Origin: a bacterium
GTDB taxonomy: Bacteria; UBA8248
Length of the DNA: 64,000 bases
Assembly (NCBI GenBank): GCA_965261085.1
Contig: OZ253442.1
Location: 992,001-1,056,000, forward strand
Reading direction: 5' to 3'
The notes below the pieces were generated by a model. It was not told the DNA's origin. It was given only the letters and a program-made list of their open reading frames with translations, and did not search any database. Below, piece by piece: positions 40,339-50,375 of this stretch. A program made the position numbers and the translations under genes. Numbering within the stretch: position 1 is the first letter of the stretch; every line of letters begins with the position of its first letter.

Positions 40339-40446
40339 TTCGCCTATCCCTTCGGGAGGTTTGTCAAGTTACAATATTAAAATCGCAAGTGCTATTCTCG
40401 CCACATTCGGCGCAGTGTCAACTTACTACCCATCCCAGTTCTCGCC

Positions 40447-41622
40447 TCACGGTTTCAGCTTCTCCATCAGCCAGTCCGCGATGTAGGTGACGCCGAGCGA
40501 GAGGTTGTCTCGCTGGCAGTGCTGGGAACCCCCCTCCTTGACGGTGAATATCTTGAGCGTCTTGTCCTTGGAGCCCACGGCGTTGAAAAGTTTGCGAGCG
40601 TCGCTCGTGGGCACCTGCTTGTCGTCTATGCCGTGGGTGAGCAGGAAGGGACAGCGCATCTTCTGCACCACGCCGTCCAGGCGGAAACCCTCGAGCTTTT
40701 TGAAGGTGTCCTCATAGTTTTTCGTGTTGAACACCCACATGATGTGGTGGCCGGGTACGGAGAGTTCCGTCTTCATGGAGGCGGCGACGCGCTTTTTCCA
40801 CGTCGCGTGATAATCCCAGCACGCCCCCCAGGCGACGCACGCCTTATAGCGTCTTTCCATGCTGGCGATGCGCGGGGCGTAGTATCCCCCCAGGCTGATG
40901 GCCACCACGGCGGCTTTGCCCGCGTTCACGTCCCCACGCGTTTCGAGATAATCGAGCGCGGCCGAACCCGCCACCTCGTAGTCGTGGCGCAGGTATTGCT
41001 CCCTGAAACGGATGGCCTCCCCGGTTCCCGGCCCGTCCATGACGAGACAACTCATGCCGCGCCGCACGAACTCCTCAGCACCCCGCAAGCATTGAATCTC
41101 CTTCGTGACGTCCAGACCGTCGAAGTAGACGACCACGGGCGGCTTGGCCTTTTTCGTGTTCTGCGCGTGGATGAAATAGCCCGGCAGGTTCACGCCGTTC
41201 TCAAAAGGCACCTCCACGCGCTCGATTCTGGGAGCGTCGGTGAGCTTCGTGAAGCGCAGAAAACTATCGAGCGCGAGCCTGTAGGCGTCTTTCGCCCGCT
41301 TGTCCTTGGGCGTGCGGAAGCGTTCCCCTATCTGGTAGTACATGGCGGCGCGCTTGTGGTGGTAGGCGGCGCTCAGGCGGTGGTTGTTCTCTTCCGCCGC
41401 CAGCCCCAGATCGCGCACCTTGTTCGCCATGCGAATCCATTCGCGGAACCACAGCGCGTCGTTACCGATGTCTTTTCTGAGCCGTCTGCCCACCTGATCG
41501 ACCTCGCCGATGTCGGCCCCGCCCCACGGAGCCACGGAGAGGCAGTTCACGACGCCGGAAGACCAGCGGTAATCCTCAGGAAAGTAGGTGAACCATCGGG
41601 TGTTGGCAGGTGCTTCCGGCAT
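40447..41622 (-). CDS. Alpha/beta hydrolase (FrsA / 2,6-dihydroxypseudooxynicotine hydrolase-like)
   Basis: GLDVTKE, DGPGTG, ISLGGYYA, SQHC. Confidence 0.85.
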   Translation of the reverse strand: MPEAPANTRWFTYFPEDYRWSSGVVNCLSVAPWGGADIGEVDQVGRRLRKDIGNDALWFREWIRMANKVRDLGLAAEENNHRLSAAYHHKRAAMYYQIGERFRTPKDKRAKDAYRLALDSFLRFTKLTDAPRIERVEVPFENGVNLPGYFIHAQNTKKAKPPVVVYFDGLDVTKEIQCLRGAEEFVRRGMSCLVMDGPGTGEAIRFREQYLRHDYEVAGSAALDYLETRGDVNAGKAAVVAISLGGYYAPRIASMERRYKACVAWGACWDYHATWKKRVAASMKTELSVPGHHIMWVFNTKNYEDTFKKLEGFRLDGVVQKMRCPFLLTHGIDDKQVPTSDARKLFNAVGSKDKTLKIFTVKEGGSQHCQRDNLSLGVTYIADWLMEKLKP

Positions 41623-41705
41623 GACGCGCTCCTCTTTTGGTGACGGAGTTCTCGTGGCTCCTTGTCCCGAGACCCTCTTTTAGTATGGTGGAATCAATCT
41701 AACCT

Positions 41706-43145
41706 CTATGGATTCTCCGTGGATGATATGTTCGAATTGTTTGGCTCGTGCGGCTCCTTGGATTGACTAATCACCGGCGGCGGAGAGTTGTGTCCGCTAC
41801 TTTCTTCGGTTGTTTTAGGGGCAGTGGATTCCTCGATCGGATCGCGCTTATCGATTGATGGAGGTGGGGGAGACCAACGCCGCAAACGCTGACCGATTCG
41901 GTCGTAGAATTCAGGCACTAATTCCTCCAGGTCTTTAATGAAGTTCTGTGGTTTGGAGAAGCGGCCTGCGAGGTCTTTGACCATCATAATCTCGAAGCTT
42001 GTAAGCGTTGCGCCTGAGTGTCCGACTTCAAGGCATTTAGTATTGTCTCGTACTTCCGACAAACTCGCCTTAGTCGGCGGAGTTTTCCCGGGCCAATAAG
42101 CCCGAATGATGACATCATCGCCAGCGGCGCCTCGCAATTGTCGAAGGAGCCAGTTGATTCTCGCACTAGCTTTCTTCCTGTCGCCAGGCGCATCGAGTTT
42201 CATGGAACAAGAAATTGATCTGCCCTCCAAATTTGCCGTTATTTCTATGTTGCCGGCGGCATTCGGTACGCTGAAGCTGGAACGCAGTTCATGGGAAGCG
42301 ATTAGTGAATCGCATGTTTCGCTTAACCGGAGCGCGGGATCCTTCTTATGCTTGATGGGAAGGCGGATGTCGACGTGTTTTCCTATCTCCCGGCTGAGCA
42401 ATAAGCAAACGTCTCGTTCCTCTTGATGCCAACTGGAAACAGTATTTTGGATCTCGAGAGAAGATTTGCTGAATTTATCTCCATGTATCATCCCGGCAAC
42501 GAGTGACTTCCATTCTTTGTTCATTTGCTCGAATCCCTTGACCCCGGATTTCGGATGCTTGAAATAGTGCACCATCTCTCCAAGTATGTAGGCTTGCTCA
42601 CTGCTTATTTCTTCTTTGTCTTTAAGAATCATTGATGCTTGGGTGCGTACATTAATCCAGGAAATGTGAAATAAATCGACGTGCTTATTAAGCACTTTCG
42701 AAATCGAATACGGGGTATGCGTTGGTAAAGGAGTTAGCTGATTCGACAACGTGATCACCGCGTCGATTCCATTTGCTTTTGCTATTTTTGCATACCGTTC
42801 CACCTGCTCTTCATCAATCTCGACATTGTCAATCTTGGCTTCTACGAACGCTTTCCATTGGGACTTGCCTGTCGATAGAATCAGAAGACCGTCGGGCCTG
42901 TCTTCATCTTTTCTAGTGTTGTTTTCGTCTGAAGACGGGAAGATGACTTCTGTATAGCTGAGTAATTTGGACTTTTTCCCCATCCGTACTCCACATTGCC
43001 CCAATAGCTGCTTGGCGAACGGTTGCACAACGGCCAGAGTAGCAAGCAGGATGGATACAAGCCGCTCTTCCTTGCGTACATCGGCGATTGTAGGGATGAG
43101 CCTTGCGCGATGGGCGTTCTTCAAAATGCCGTCGATGTCACTCAT
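41706..43145 (-). CDS. Hypothetical protein with N-terminal PD-(D/E)XK-like domain
   Basis: RPDGLLIL, FVEAK, EQVERY; lower GC than neighbours. Confidence 0.6.
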   Translation of the reverse strand: MSDIDGILKNAHRARLIPTIADVRKEERLVSILLATLAVVQPFAKQLLGQCGVRMGKKSKLLSYTEVIFPSSDENNTRKDEDRPDGLLILSTGKSQWKAFVEAKIDNVEIDEEQVERYAKIAKANGIDAVITLSNQLTPLPTHTPYSISKVLNKHVDLFHISWINVRTQASMILKDKEEISSEQAYILGEMVHYFKHPKSGVKGFEQMNKEWKSLVAGMIHGDKFSKSSLEIQNTVSSWHQEERDVCLLLSREIGKHVDIRLPIKHKKDPALRLSETCDSLIASHELRSSFSVPNAAGNIEITANLEGRSISCSMKLDAPGDRKKASARINWLLRQLRGAAGDDVIIRAYWPGKTPPTKASLSEVRDNTKCLEVGHSGATLTSFEIMMVKDLAGRFSKPQNFIKDLEELVPEFYDRIGQRLRRWSPPPPSIDKRDPIEESTAPKTTEESSGHNSPPPVISQSKEPHEPNNSNISSTENP

Positions 43146-43475
43146 TGTTGTTCCACTCCATGGTTAGAAAATCAGAAATTGAGTCCTCTTAGCGCACGAA
43201 AATCACGCAACATTGCAAGTGGGAACCGGCAGATTTTCGGGGTGATTAATTTTTTTGACGCTATCACGGGGTATTTTGTTTGTAAAGTTTTTGAGAGGGG
43301 TTGTGCTGAGAGGTTGCCATTGAGCGTGAATTGCCGAACATCTAAAAAAATAACCAACCCCCTGCGCCGCTTAGGCTTGTCCCCAAAACCTGCTAGAATG
43401 AGCAAACCCAAATCATGGAACAGGGAATCGCCGGAAAGCCCGGATTTCTCCTTATCATCCTATGGAGTCGCGATA

Positions 43476-43833
43476 GTGTCCGATACACACATGCCGCTCG
43501 CGCGTTTCAAGGTGCTCGATCTCACCCAAGCCCGAGGGGGCGAGCCGGCGGCCCTCGGCGGTGAAATCGCCCAACGGCTCGTATGCGGATCTCTTCGACC
43601 GCGCGCGGGGGATTCCCGCCTATGACGCGGCGAAACTGCGCTGCCCGGCGCTTTTGATCTTTGGAGATTATGACGGCTCGGCGAACGAGGCCGAAGCGTG
43701 GGATTTGTTCCAGAAGATGACGAACAGCCGGGGCAAGCGCTTCGTCGTCATCGGCGACGGCACGCATTACATGGAATTCGAAAAACGTCGCGAAGAGTTG
43801 TATCGTGAAGTGGAGAACTTTCTGGAGAGTTGA
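43476..43833 (+). pseudogene. Deletion scar: CoA-transferase III N-terminus joined to an alpha/beta hydrolase C-terminus
   Basis: MPLARFKVLDLTQARGG followed in another frame by PALLIFGDYD..GTHYMEFEK. Confidence 0.65.
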
Positions 43834-43866
43834 GCGAGCTTAAGGCTCCCCAATGAGGAGGCGGAT

Positions 43867-45261
43867 ATGAGCGTTACCGAACGGATGGCGGAATTCATCG
43901 TCGAGACGAAGTGGGCGGATTTTCCCGCGCTGGTGATCGAGCGCGCGAAAAAGGCGGTGGTCGACACCGTGGGCGTAACACTCGCTGGTGCGGGAGAGCC
44001 CGTCGGACGCATCGTGGCCGATTTCGCGCAAAAGATGGGCGGCGCGCCCGAGGCGACCATCATCGGCGTGAACGCCCGCGCCGCAGCACCTATGGCCGCT
44101 CTCGCCAACGGGGCGATGGGCCACGCGCTTGATTTCGACGATTCGAGCTATCTGCTGAACGGCCACCCGAGCGTGGGCGTGCTGCCCGCCGTGCTGGCCC
44201 AGGGAGAGGTTCAGGGAGCGTCGGGCCGTGAGGTGTTGGAGGCTTTCATCATCGGCTATGAGATATCGACCAAACTTGGCGAAGGCATGAACCCTGAACA
44301 CTATGGCGCGGGGTGGCATGCCACCTGCACGCTGGGCACCATGGGCGCAGCGGCCGCCGCCGCGCACTTGCGTGGATTCGACGTGGAAACCACGCGCCAC
44401 GCTCTCGGATGCGCGGCGTCGCATGCGTCGGGCGTTCACGCGAACTTCGGCACGATGACGAAACCGCTCCACGCTGGTCTCGCGCCCGAGGCCGGCCTTC
44501 GAGCGGCGGCGCTCGCGGCGGCGGGCCTCACGGCGAGCACGACCATCCTGGAAGCCCCGCGCGGATTCCTGGACGCCTTCGCCGGAGGCGGCTCCCCATG
44601 CGCTGAGGAGATCGTGGAGAGTCTCGGGCGGCCATACGCCCTGGCGGAGCCGGGCATGAACATGAAGCCCTATCCATGCTGCCTCTCGACCCACCCGGCG
44701 GTGGATGCGCTCTATGACCTGGTGGAGGAGTCGAACATCGCGGCGGCGGACGTGGCCCGCATCGAGGTCTCACTCGTCGAAATCGCCACGCAGGTGCTTC
44801 GCTACCACGCGCCCAAGACGGGCCTTCAGGGCAAGTTCTCCATCGAGTATTGCCTCGCGCGCATGCTGCTGGATGGTGATTTGCGCCTCGAGACCTTCAC
44901 GGATGAGGCGGTGCGCGAACCCCTGCTTCAGGAGTGGATGACGAAAGTTCACGTCACCACCGATGATATGGGCTGGCAGCCGGGCATGCGCAAGCCGAGC
45001 GACGTGCGCGTTCACCTACACGACGGCCGCGTATTGAGAAAGAAAACGGACGTCTCGCGCGGCTGCGCGCTCTGGCCGATGGAGGATGCGAAGATACGCT
45101 CCAAGTTCCGTGATTGCGCGAAATCCGCTATGCCGGAGGAAGAGTATGAGGAAGTGCTCTCGCGTCTGGAATCCTTGGAGGCGCAGCCCGAGATCGGCTC
45201 CTTGATGCAGCTTCTGGGCGGTGAGATCGCGCGGGGGCAGCCTGCGGGGCAGACGGCGTGA
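43867..45261 (+). CDS. MmgE/PrpD family protein
   Basis: ANGAMGHALDFDD, GWHAT, TKPLHAG, KPYPCC, KFS. Confidence 0.93.
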   Translation: MSVTERMAEFIVETKWADFPALVIERAKKAVVDTVGVTLAGAGEPVGRIVADFAQKMGGAPEATIIGVNARAAAPMAALANGAMGHALDFDDSSYLLNGHPSVGVLPAVLAQGEVQGASGREVLEAFIIGYEISTKLGEGMNPEHYGAGWHATCTLGTMGAAAAAAHLRGFDVETTRHALGCAASHASGVHANFGTMTKPLHAGLAPEAGLRAAALAAAGLTASTTILEAPRGFLDAFAGGGSPCAEEIVESLGRPYALAEPGMNMKPYPCCLSTHPAVDALYDLVEESNIAAADVARIEVSLVEIATQVLRYHAPKTGLQGKFSIEYCLARMLLDGDLRLETFTDEAVREPLLQEWMTKVHVTTDDMGWQPGMRKPSDVRVHLHDGRVLRKKTDVSRGCALWPMEDAKIRSKFRDCAKSAMPEEEYEEVLSRLESLEAQPEIGSLMQLLGGEIARGQPAGQTA

Positions 45262-45294
45262 AGAAATGGATGGGTGTTTCGTAACGATTCGGGC

Positions 45295-45885
45295 CTAGCG
45301 GTGCATCTTCTCGCACCGGGCAATCGCGGCGGATAGTTTCTCCTGCGGTTCCGTCCCGATATTCACCGCGAACTTGAGACCGGAAAGATTCCCGATGCAC
45401 GCCTCGTAGGGGAGGTTTCGGAAAAACACGGCGAAGCGTTCGCACCCGTCCGCGTTCCCGTCGAAGGTGTATCCGGTTATTTTCTCCGCATCGTCGGCTT
45501 CCACATTGATCGTGCAGAAATGCAGCACCGTTCTATCCACCTGTTGCGTTTCGCACACCCTCACCACTTTGCGGTGGACGGGGGCGCGGGGCCGATTCGG
45601 AGTGAAACGCTCTACGACTTTTTCGCGGCAGATGGTCTCCGGCACCGTAAAGGTGAAGGCGCTTCTGTGGTCCCAGGTATAGACTTTCCGGCCGCCGACC
45701 GTGACGTCGTTGTCCGGATACCCTATCTTCGCCACAAGACTCTCGACGGGGGCGCCCACCATGCCGGTAAGCCCATCGTGCAATATCCCGAGGGTGGGGA
45801 ACGTCTGGACCGCGCAGCCGGAGAGAAAGGCGGCGAATGCGACCCCGCTGAGGAGTTTGGATGCGTAGGAGGCATGGTGTCTCAT
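45295..45885 (-). CDS. Hypothetical lipoprotein
   Basis: Lipobox LSGC followed by several cysteines. Confidence 0.65.
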   Translation of the reverse strand: MRHHASYASKLLSGVAFAAFLSGCAVQTFPTLGILHDGLTGMVGAPVESLVAKIGYPDNDVTVGGRKVYTWDHRSAFTFTVPETICREKVVERFTPNRPRAPVHRKVVRVCETQQVDRTVLHFCTINVEADDAEKITGYTFDGNADGCERFAVFFRNLPYEACIGNLSGLKFAVNIGTEPQEKLSAAIARCEKMHR

Positions 45886-46142
45886 GGTGAAATTCCTCCA
45901 GGATTTCTTGAATAAAATGCCTGGGTCATTAAAGGGATATTACTATACCCTCCGGGTTTGTTGAATCGCCCGGGAAAAGCTCAGGCTCATCTCGTGCGAA
46001 AACCGGCGGATTCTATAGAATGGGAGAATCCGGAGTCGTCGATAAGGATTTCAGAATACCCTGGCTGTTCCTACCGGGAAGGGCCGCCCCGCGCACTCCC
46101 TGCGAAATGTGGGGAGCAAAAAACAGAAGGAGACGTATTAAA

Positions 46143-46550
46143 ATGCCGTTTTATAAAGTATCCGAGATGGCCGAATCCCACGTGGCCGCCCAGCCCATGG
46201 GCCGCTTCAAGGGGCTGGCGGGGGAGTTGATGAAGGTGGGCTTTGTCACTTATCCCAAAGGCAAGATGTCCAGACCGCATTACCACCCGAACGAGGAGCA
46301 GTTCCTCTTAATCCTGGAAGGCAGGCAGTGGATGATAGTGGGCGATGAGGAGAAGCTCATCGGCCCCGGCGACCTCGTCCACATTCCGAGGGGGGCGAAA
46401 CACGGCGGCGTCATCATCGATGAGGTGCGCATGTTCACCGTCAAGAGTCCTTCGGGCGACGGGAGCCTCGATCAGGATCATAACGACGCGGAGGACGCGG
46501 AGGAGGTGATCGAGCGGCTCGAGAGCAAACTCGATGAGCTGAGCGGGTAG
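46143..46550 (+). CDS. Cupin domain protein
   Basis: PHYHPNEEQF and HIPRGAKH; GGAG SD upstream. Confidence 0.85.
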   Translation: MPFYKVSEMAESHVAAQPMGRFKGLAGELMKVGFVTYPKGKMSRPHYHPNEEQFLLILEGRQWMIVGDEEKLIGPGDLVHIPRGAKHGGVIIDEVRMFTVKSPSGDGSLDQDHNDAEDAEEVIERLESKLDELSG

Positions 46551-46605
46551 TAGCCGCGTTTTGGGTGACGAGCCCGACTCTGAAAACAGGGGATCATATA
46601 TCCAC

Positions 46606-48357
46606 ATGAAACAACGGATAAGGACATTACAAGGCTTCATGGACTGGCTGAAGCAAGTGCAAGGACGGTTCGTTCTTTATCGCGGTCTGGCGGATGCGGA
46701 ATGGGAAGTGGAATCTTCTGCCTACCGAAGAATAGAGGATTCAGAAGGAGAAGCACCCCCGCGCGTATTTCAGAACTATATTGAGCAGTTGTTGAATCGC
46801 GCGAGCTTGCAGGGATTCAGAGAGCGGGAAGGAGGAGTAAAGCGTTCGGATATGGAGTTGCTCGCTGAACTTCAGCACAACGGTGCAGCGACGTGTCTGA
46901 TCGACTTCACCGATAACGCTTTGGTTGCGCTTTGGTTCGCATGTCGAGAGAAGCCGGAAAAAGCAGGGAAAGTGGTCGCCATGGCGACGGAAGAGACTGA
47001 GGATTTTTCCATCGTTACCTATGAGAACTTGCAGGATCCCATCAATAATTTTCTTGACAAGGATAAATTGTGGAAATGGACGCCGAGCAATCTCAGCAAC
47101 CGCATTGTCGCACAGAACTCGGTTTTCGTGTTTGGAGAGAGGAAGATAGAAAAAGAGCGCTGGCATTACGAAGAAATCAAAGTGGATGCGAGCAGTAAGG
47201 GAGAAATAAGAGAGGAACTGAAGGAAAAATTCGGCATCACAGAGGAATCCCTTTTCAGCGATTTGACCGGCTTCTCCCAATCGAACGCGCATGGTAGGCC
47301 GTATAGTGACTATACAGTGGAAGATTACTTTTCTTTGGGTTTGACTTTTCGCCAGCAAGGGAAACTTGAAAAGGCAATTGATGCTTACAAAAAAGTGCTT
47401 GAACTCGCCCCCGATCACGTGCGGGCTTACAGGAGCCGGGGGATCGCGAAACGCGCATTGGGAAACCATCAAGGTGCTATTGCCGATTTCGGTAAGGCGA
47501 TTGACCTCAATCCGCAATACGCCGCGGCATATGCTGGTCGAGGGATTGTAAAGCGCATTTTGGGAGACCATCAAGGCGCCATCGCCGACTTTGACAAAGC
47601 ACTTAGCCTCGACCCCAAGCACGTGCAGGCTTACAGACAGCGGGGGATTGCGAAGCGCGATTCAGGTGACCACCAAGGCGCTATAGCCGACTTTGATAAG
47701 GTGATTGAACTCAACCCGCAAAGCGTTCTGGCCTACAGGAATAGGGGCCTCACAAAGCGTATTTTGGGTGATCATCAAGGTGCCATTGCTGACTTCGACA
47801 AAGCGCTTGACCTCAACCCACAATATGCTCAAGCGTATGTTGGCAGGGGGATTGCGAAGCGCGCTTCACGTGACCATCAAGGTGCCATCGATGACTTCAA
47901 CAAAGCGCTTGAACTTACCCCTGAAGACATGAGGGTTTACAGGAACCGGGGAATCGCGAAGCGCGCTTCAGGGGATATTTCAGGAGCTATCGCCGACTTC
48001 GATCAAGCTATTACACTCAATCCGGAATACGGCAAGGCATACGGTGGCAGGGGGATTGCGAAGCGCCTTTCGGGTGACCACCAAAGCGCTATAGCCGACT
48101 TTGACAAGGTGATTGAACTCGATTCTGAATCTGCTTTGGCTTACAGAAATCGAGGTCTTGCCAAACGCGATTCAGGGGATATATCAGGAGCTATCACTGA
48201 CTTTGACAAGGTAATTGACCTCGACCCTAAATATGCCTTGGCCTACAAAAATCGAGGCATCGCAAAACGAGCTTCAGGCGATGAGGCGGGCGCTCAAGCG
48301 GATTTCGCCAAGGCGCAAGAACTGGACCCGAATCTGGTACCCCCCGAGCCGTCATGA
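46606..48357 (+). CDS. FRG domain protein with 10 C-terminal TPR repeats
   Basis: LYRG, QHNG..TCLIDFT, ALWFA, RIVAQNSVF, GITEESLF; ten 34-aa repeats. Confidence 0.88.
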   Translation: MKQRIRTLQGFMDWLKQVQGRFVLYRGLADAEWEVESSAYRRIEDSEGEAPPRVFQNYIEQLLNRASLQGFREREGGVKRSDMELLAELQHNGAATCLIDFTDNALVALWFACREKPEKAGKVVAMATEETEDFSIVTYENLQDPINNFLDKDKLWKWTPSNLSNRIVAQNSVFVFGERKIEKERWHYEEIKVDASSKGEIREELKEKFGITEESLFSDLTGFSQSNAHGRPYSDYTVEDYFSLGLTFRQQGKLEKAIDAYKKVLELAPDHVRAYRSRGIAKRALGNHQGAIADFGKAIDLNPQYAAAYAGRGIVKRILGDHQGAIADFDKALSLDPKHVQAYRQRGIAKRDSGDHQGAIADFDKVIELNPQSVLAYRNRGLTKRILGDHQGAIADFDKALDLNPQYAQAYVGRGIAKRASRDHQGAIDDFNKALELTPEDMRVYRNRGIAKRASGDISGAIADFDQAITLNPEYGKAYGGRGIAKRLSGDHQSAIADFDKVIELDSESALAYRNRGLAKRDSGDISGAITDFDKVIDLDPKYALAYKNRGIAKRASGDEAGAQADFAKAQELDPNLVPPEPS

Positions 48358-48455
48358 CGCCTCCCGAAAACAAAGGAATTCACCCATGAAAGCGATGCGC
48401 GTGCAGGCGTTCGATCTGGATGTCCTGCCTCCGCCGCCTCGGTGAAGCGCGCTCC

Positions 48456-50138
48456 CTAGAAAAGTCCCGTGATCTTGCCGTCTGCGGTGATGTCCATTCC
48501 CGCCGAGGCGGGCGTTTTGGCGAGGCCGGGCATCTGCATGATGCTCCCCGCGATGGCGACCACGAACCCCGCCCCTGCCGACACATTGACCTCGCGCACG
48601 TTCACCGTGAATCCCGTGGGGGCGCCGAGTTTTTTGGGATTATCAGAGAGCGAGGCTTGCGTCTTCGCGATGCAGACGGGAAGCTCGCCGTAGCCCAGCC
48701 TCGTGAGCGAGCGCAGGCTGCGCGCGGCGGCCGGCTCGAAGCGCACCCCGTCCGCGCGGTAGATGCGCTTGGCGATGGTCTCTATCTTGTCTTTTAGCGG
48801 CATATCGAGGGGATAAAGCGGCGTGTAGGGCGCATCGTTTGCCTCCGCGAGGCCGAATGCCGTCTCTGCGAGTTCGAGTCCCCCCTCGCCTCCTTTGCCG
48901 TGAAGCTCATGCGCGCAGCAGGGCGCTCCCGCCTCGACGCAAAGTTCCTTGACCCGCGCGATTTCCGCATCCGTATCCGCCGCGAAGCGGTTCACGGCCA
49001 CCAGCACGGGCGCGCCGAAGCTCTTCATGTTCTCGATGTGGGTCCTTAAGTTCGCGAAGCCCTGTGTGACGGCGTCTACGTTTTCTTCCGCCAGGGCGTC
49101 CTTATCGAAGGGAACGCCCCCGTGGAGCTTGAGCGCGCGGACGGTGGCGACGAGCACGACCGCGTCCACGCTCAAGCCCGCCGTTCGCGCGGTGATGTCG
49201 AAGAATTTTTCAGCCCCCAGATCCGAGCCGAAGCCCGCCTCCACGACCATCACGTCGGCGAGTTTGAGTGCGAGCCTGTCCGCGATGATGGAGTTCGTGC
49301 CGTGGGCGATGTTGCCGAAAGGCCCCCCGTGGACGAAGGCGGGGGAACCCTCCAAGGTTTGTACGAGGTTGGGCTTGATGGCGTCTTTTAAGAGCAGGGA
49401 CATCGCGCCTGCTGCGTTCAGATCCCCTGCGGTGATGGGCGCGCCCTTTCGCGTGTAGCCGACCACGATGCGCCCGATGCGCTCTTTCATATCGCCCGGG
49501 TCGCTCGCGAGGCACAGCACGGCCATGATCTCGGACGCCGCCGTGATCATGAAGCCCTCCTCACGGGGAACGCCGTGCGTCCTGCCGCCGAGGCCGACGA
49601 GGGTGTGGCGCAGCGCGCGGTCGTTCATGTCCATCACCCGCTTCCAGGTGACGCGGTTCACGTCTAGCCTAAGTTCGTTGCCGTGGAATACGTGCGCGTC
49701 CAAGAGAGCGGAGAGCAGGTTGTGGGCGGAGGTGACCGCGTGGATGTCGCCCGTGAAGTGGAGGTTGATGTCCTCCATCGGCAGCACCTGGGACATGCCG
49801 CCGCCCGCAGCGCCCCCCTTGATGCCGAACACGGGCCCGAGCGAGGGTTCGCGCACGCAGAGGATGCTCTTTTTGCTGAGCCGCGCCAGCGACTGGCCGA
49901 GGCCCACGGTTGTCAGGGTCTTGCCCTCGCCCAGCGGGGTGGGCGTCATGGCGGTGACGAGGATGAGTTTTCCGTCTGGATCATCCTTACGGCGTTCGAG
50001 TGCGTCCAGGCCGACCTTCGCCTTGTGCGCGCCGTAGAGTTCTATCTCATCCGCCCCGAGCCCCAGCTCTTCCGCAATCTCGACGATGGGCCGGAGCTTC
50101 GCCGCTTGCGCGATTTCCACGTCTGATGCGATGGCCAT
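48456..50138 (-). CDS. fhs: Formate--tetrahydrofolate ligase
   Basis: TPTPLGEGKT, GIKGGAAGGG, HGGPFGNIAHG, CIAKTQ. Confidence 0.97.
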   Translation of the reverse strand: MAIASDVEIAQAAKLRPIVEIAEELGLGADEIELYGAHKAKVGLDALERRKDDPDGKLILVTAMTPTPLGEGKTLTTVGLGQSLARLSKKSILCVREPSLGPVFGIKGGAAGGGMSQVLPMEDINLHFTGDIHAVTSAHNLLSALLDAHVFHGNELRLDVNRVTWKRVMDMNDRALRHTLVGLGGRTHGVPREEGFMITAASEIMAVLCLASDPGDMKERIGRIVVGYTRKGAPITAGDLNAAGAMSLLLKDAIKPNLVQTLEGSPAFVHGGPFGNIAHGTNSIIADRLALKLADVMVVEAGFGSDLGAEKFFDITARTAGLSVDAVVLVATVRALKLHGGVPFDKDALAEENVDAVTQGFANLRTHIENMKSFGAPVLVAVNRFAADTDAEIARVKELCVEAGAPCCAHELHGKGGEGGLELAETAFGLAEANDAPYTPLYPLDMPLKDKIETIAKRIYRADGVRFEPAAARSLRSLTRLGYGELPVCIAKTQASLSDNPKKLGAPTGFTVNVREVNVSAGAGFVVAIAGSIMQMPGLAKTPASAGMDITADGKITGLF

Positions 50139-50276
50139 AGCGCCCCCTTCCGGACCAGCGGCGATTCGTGCAGAAATGGATGTGTTTGAGTCCTTCCGGC
50201 AACCTAGCGAGGCGCATCATCAGTGTCAAGAAGAAAGAGAATAGAGGCCGTATGAGTGTAGCGAACAGGAGAATCT

Positions 50277-50369
50277 ATTCACGTTATATCGTTGAATTAG
50301 CGTGAATGAAGGGTGTTTTGTGGAGTCTATTCACGGGAAATTGATGTTTTGGCGTGAATGGTTTATATT
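50277..50369 (+). promoter_or_regulatory. Tandem inverted-repeat operator overlapping the Fic promoter
   Basis: Two ATTCACG-N17-CGTGAAT boxes (50277-50307, 50329-50359); TTGATG (50341), 17 bp, TATATT (50364). Confidence 0.7.
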
Positions 50370-50375
50370 AACGGC

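Noticed and set aside
47320-48340. CRISPR array or DGR-type diversification in the 102-bp periodic region
   Set aside because: These are in-frame TPR coding repeats, and the variable codons are not restricted to adenine positions
50139-50270. ZTP or THF riboswitch upstream of fhs
   Set aside because: No recognisable consensus by eye; an Infernal search would be needed
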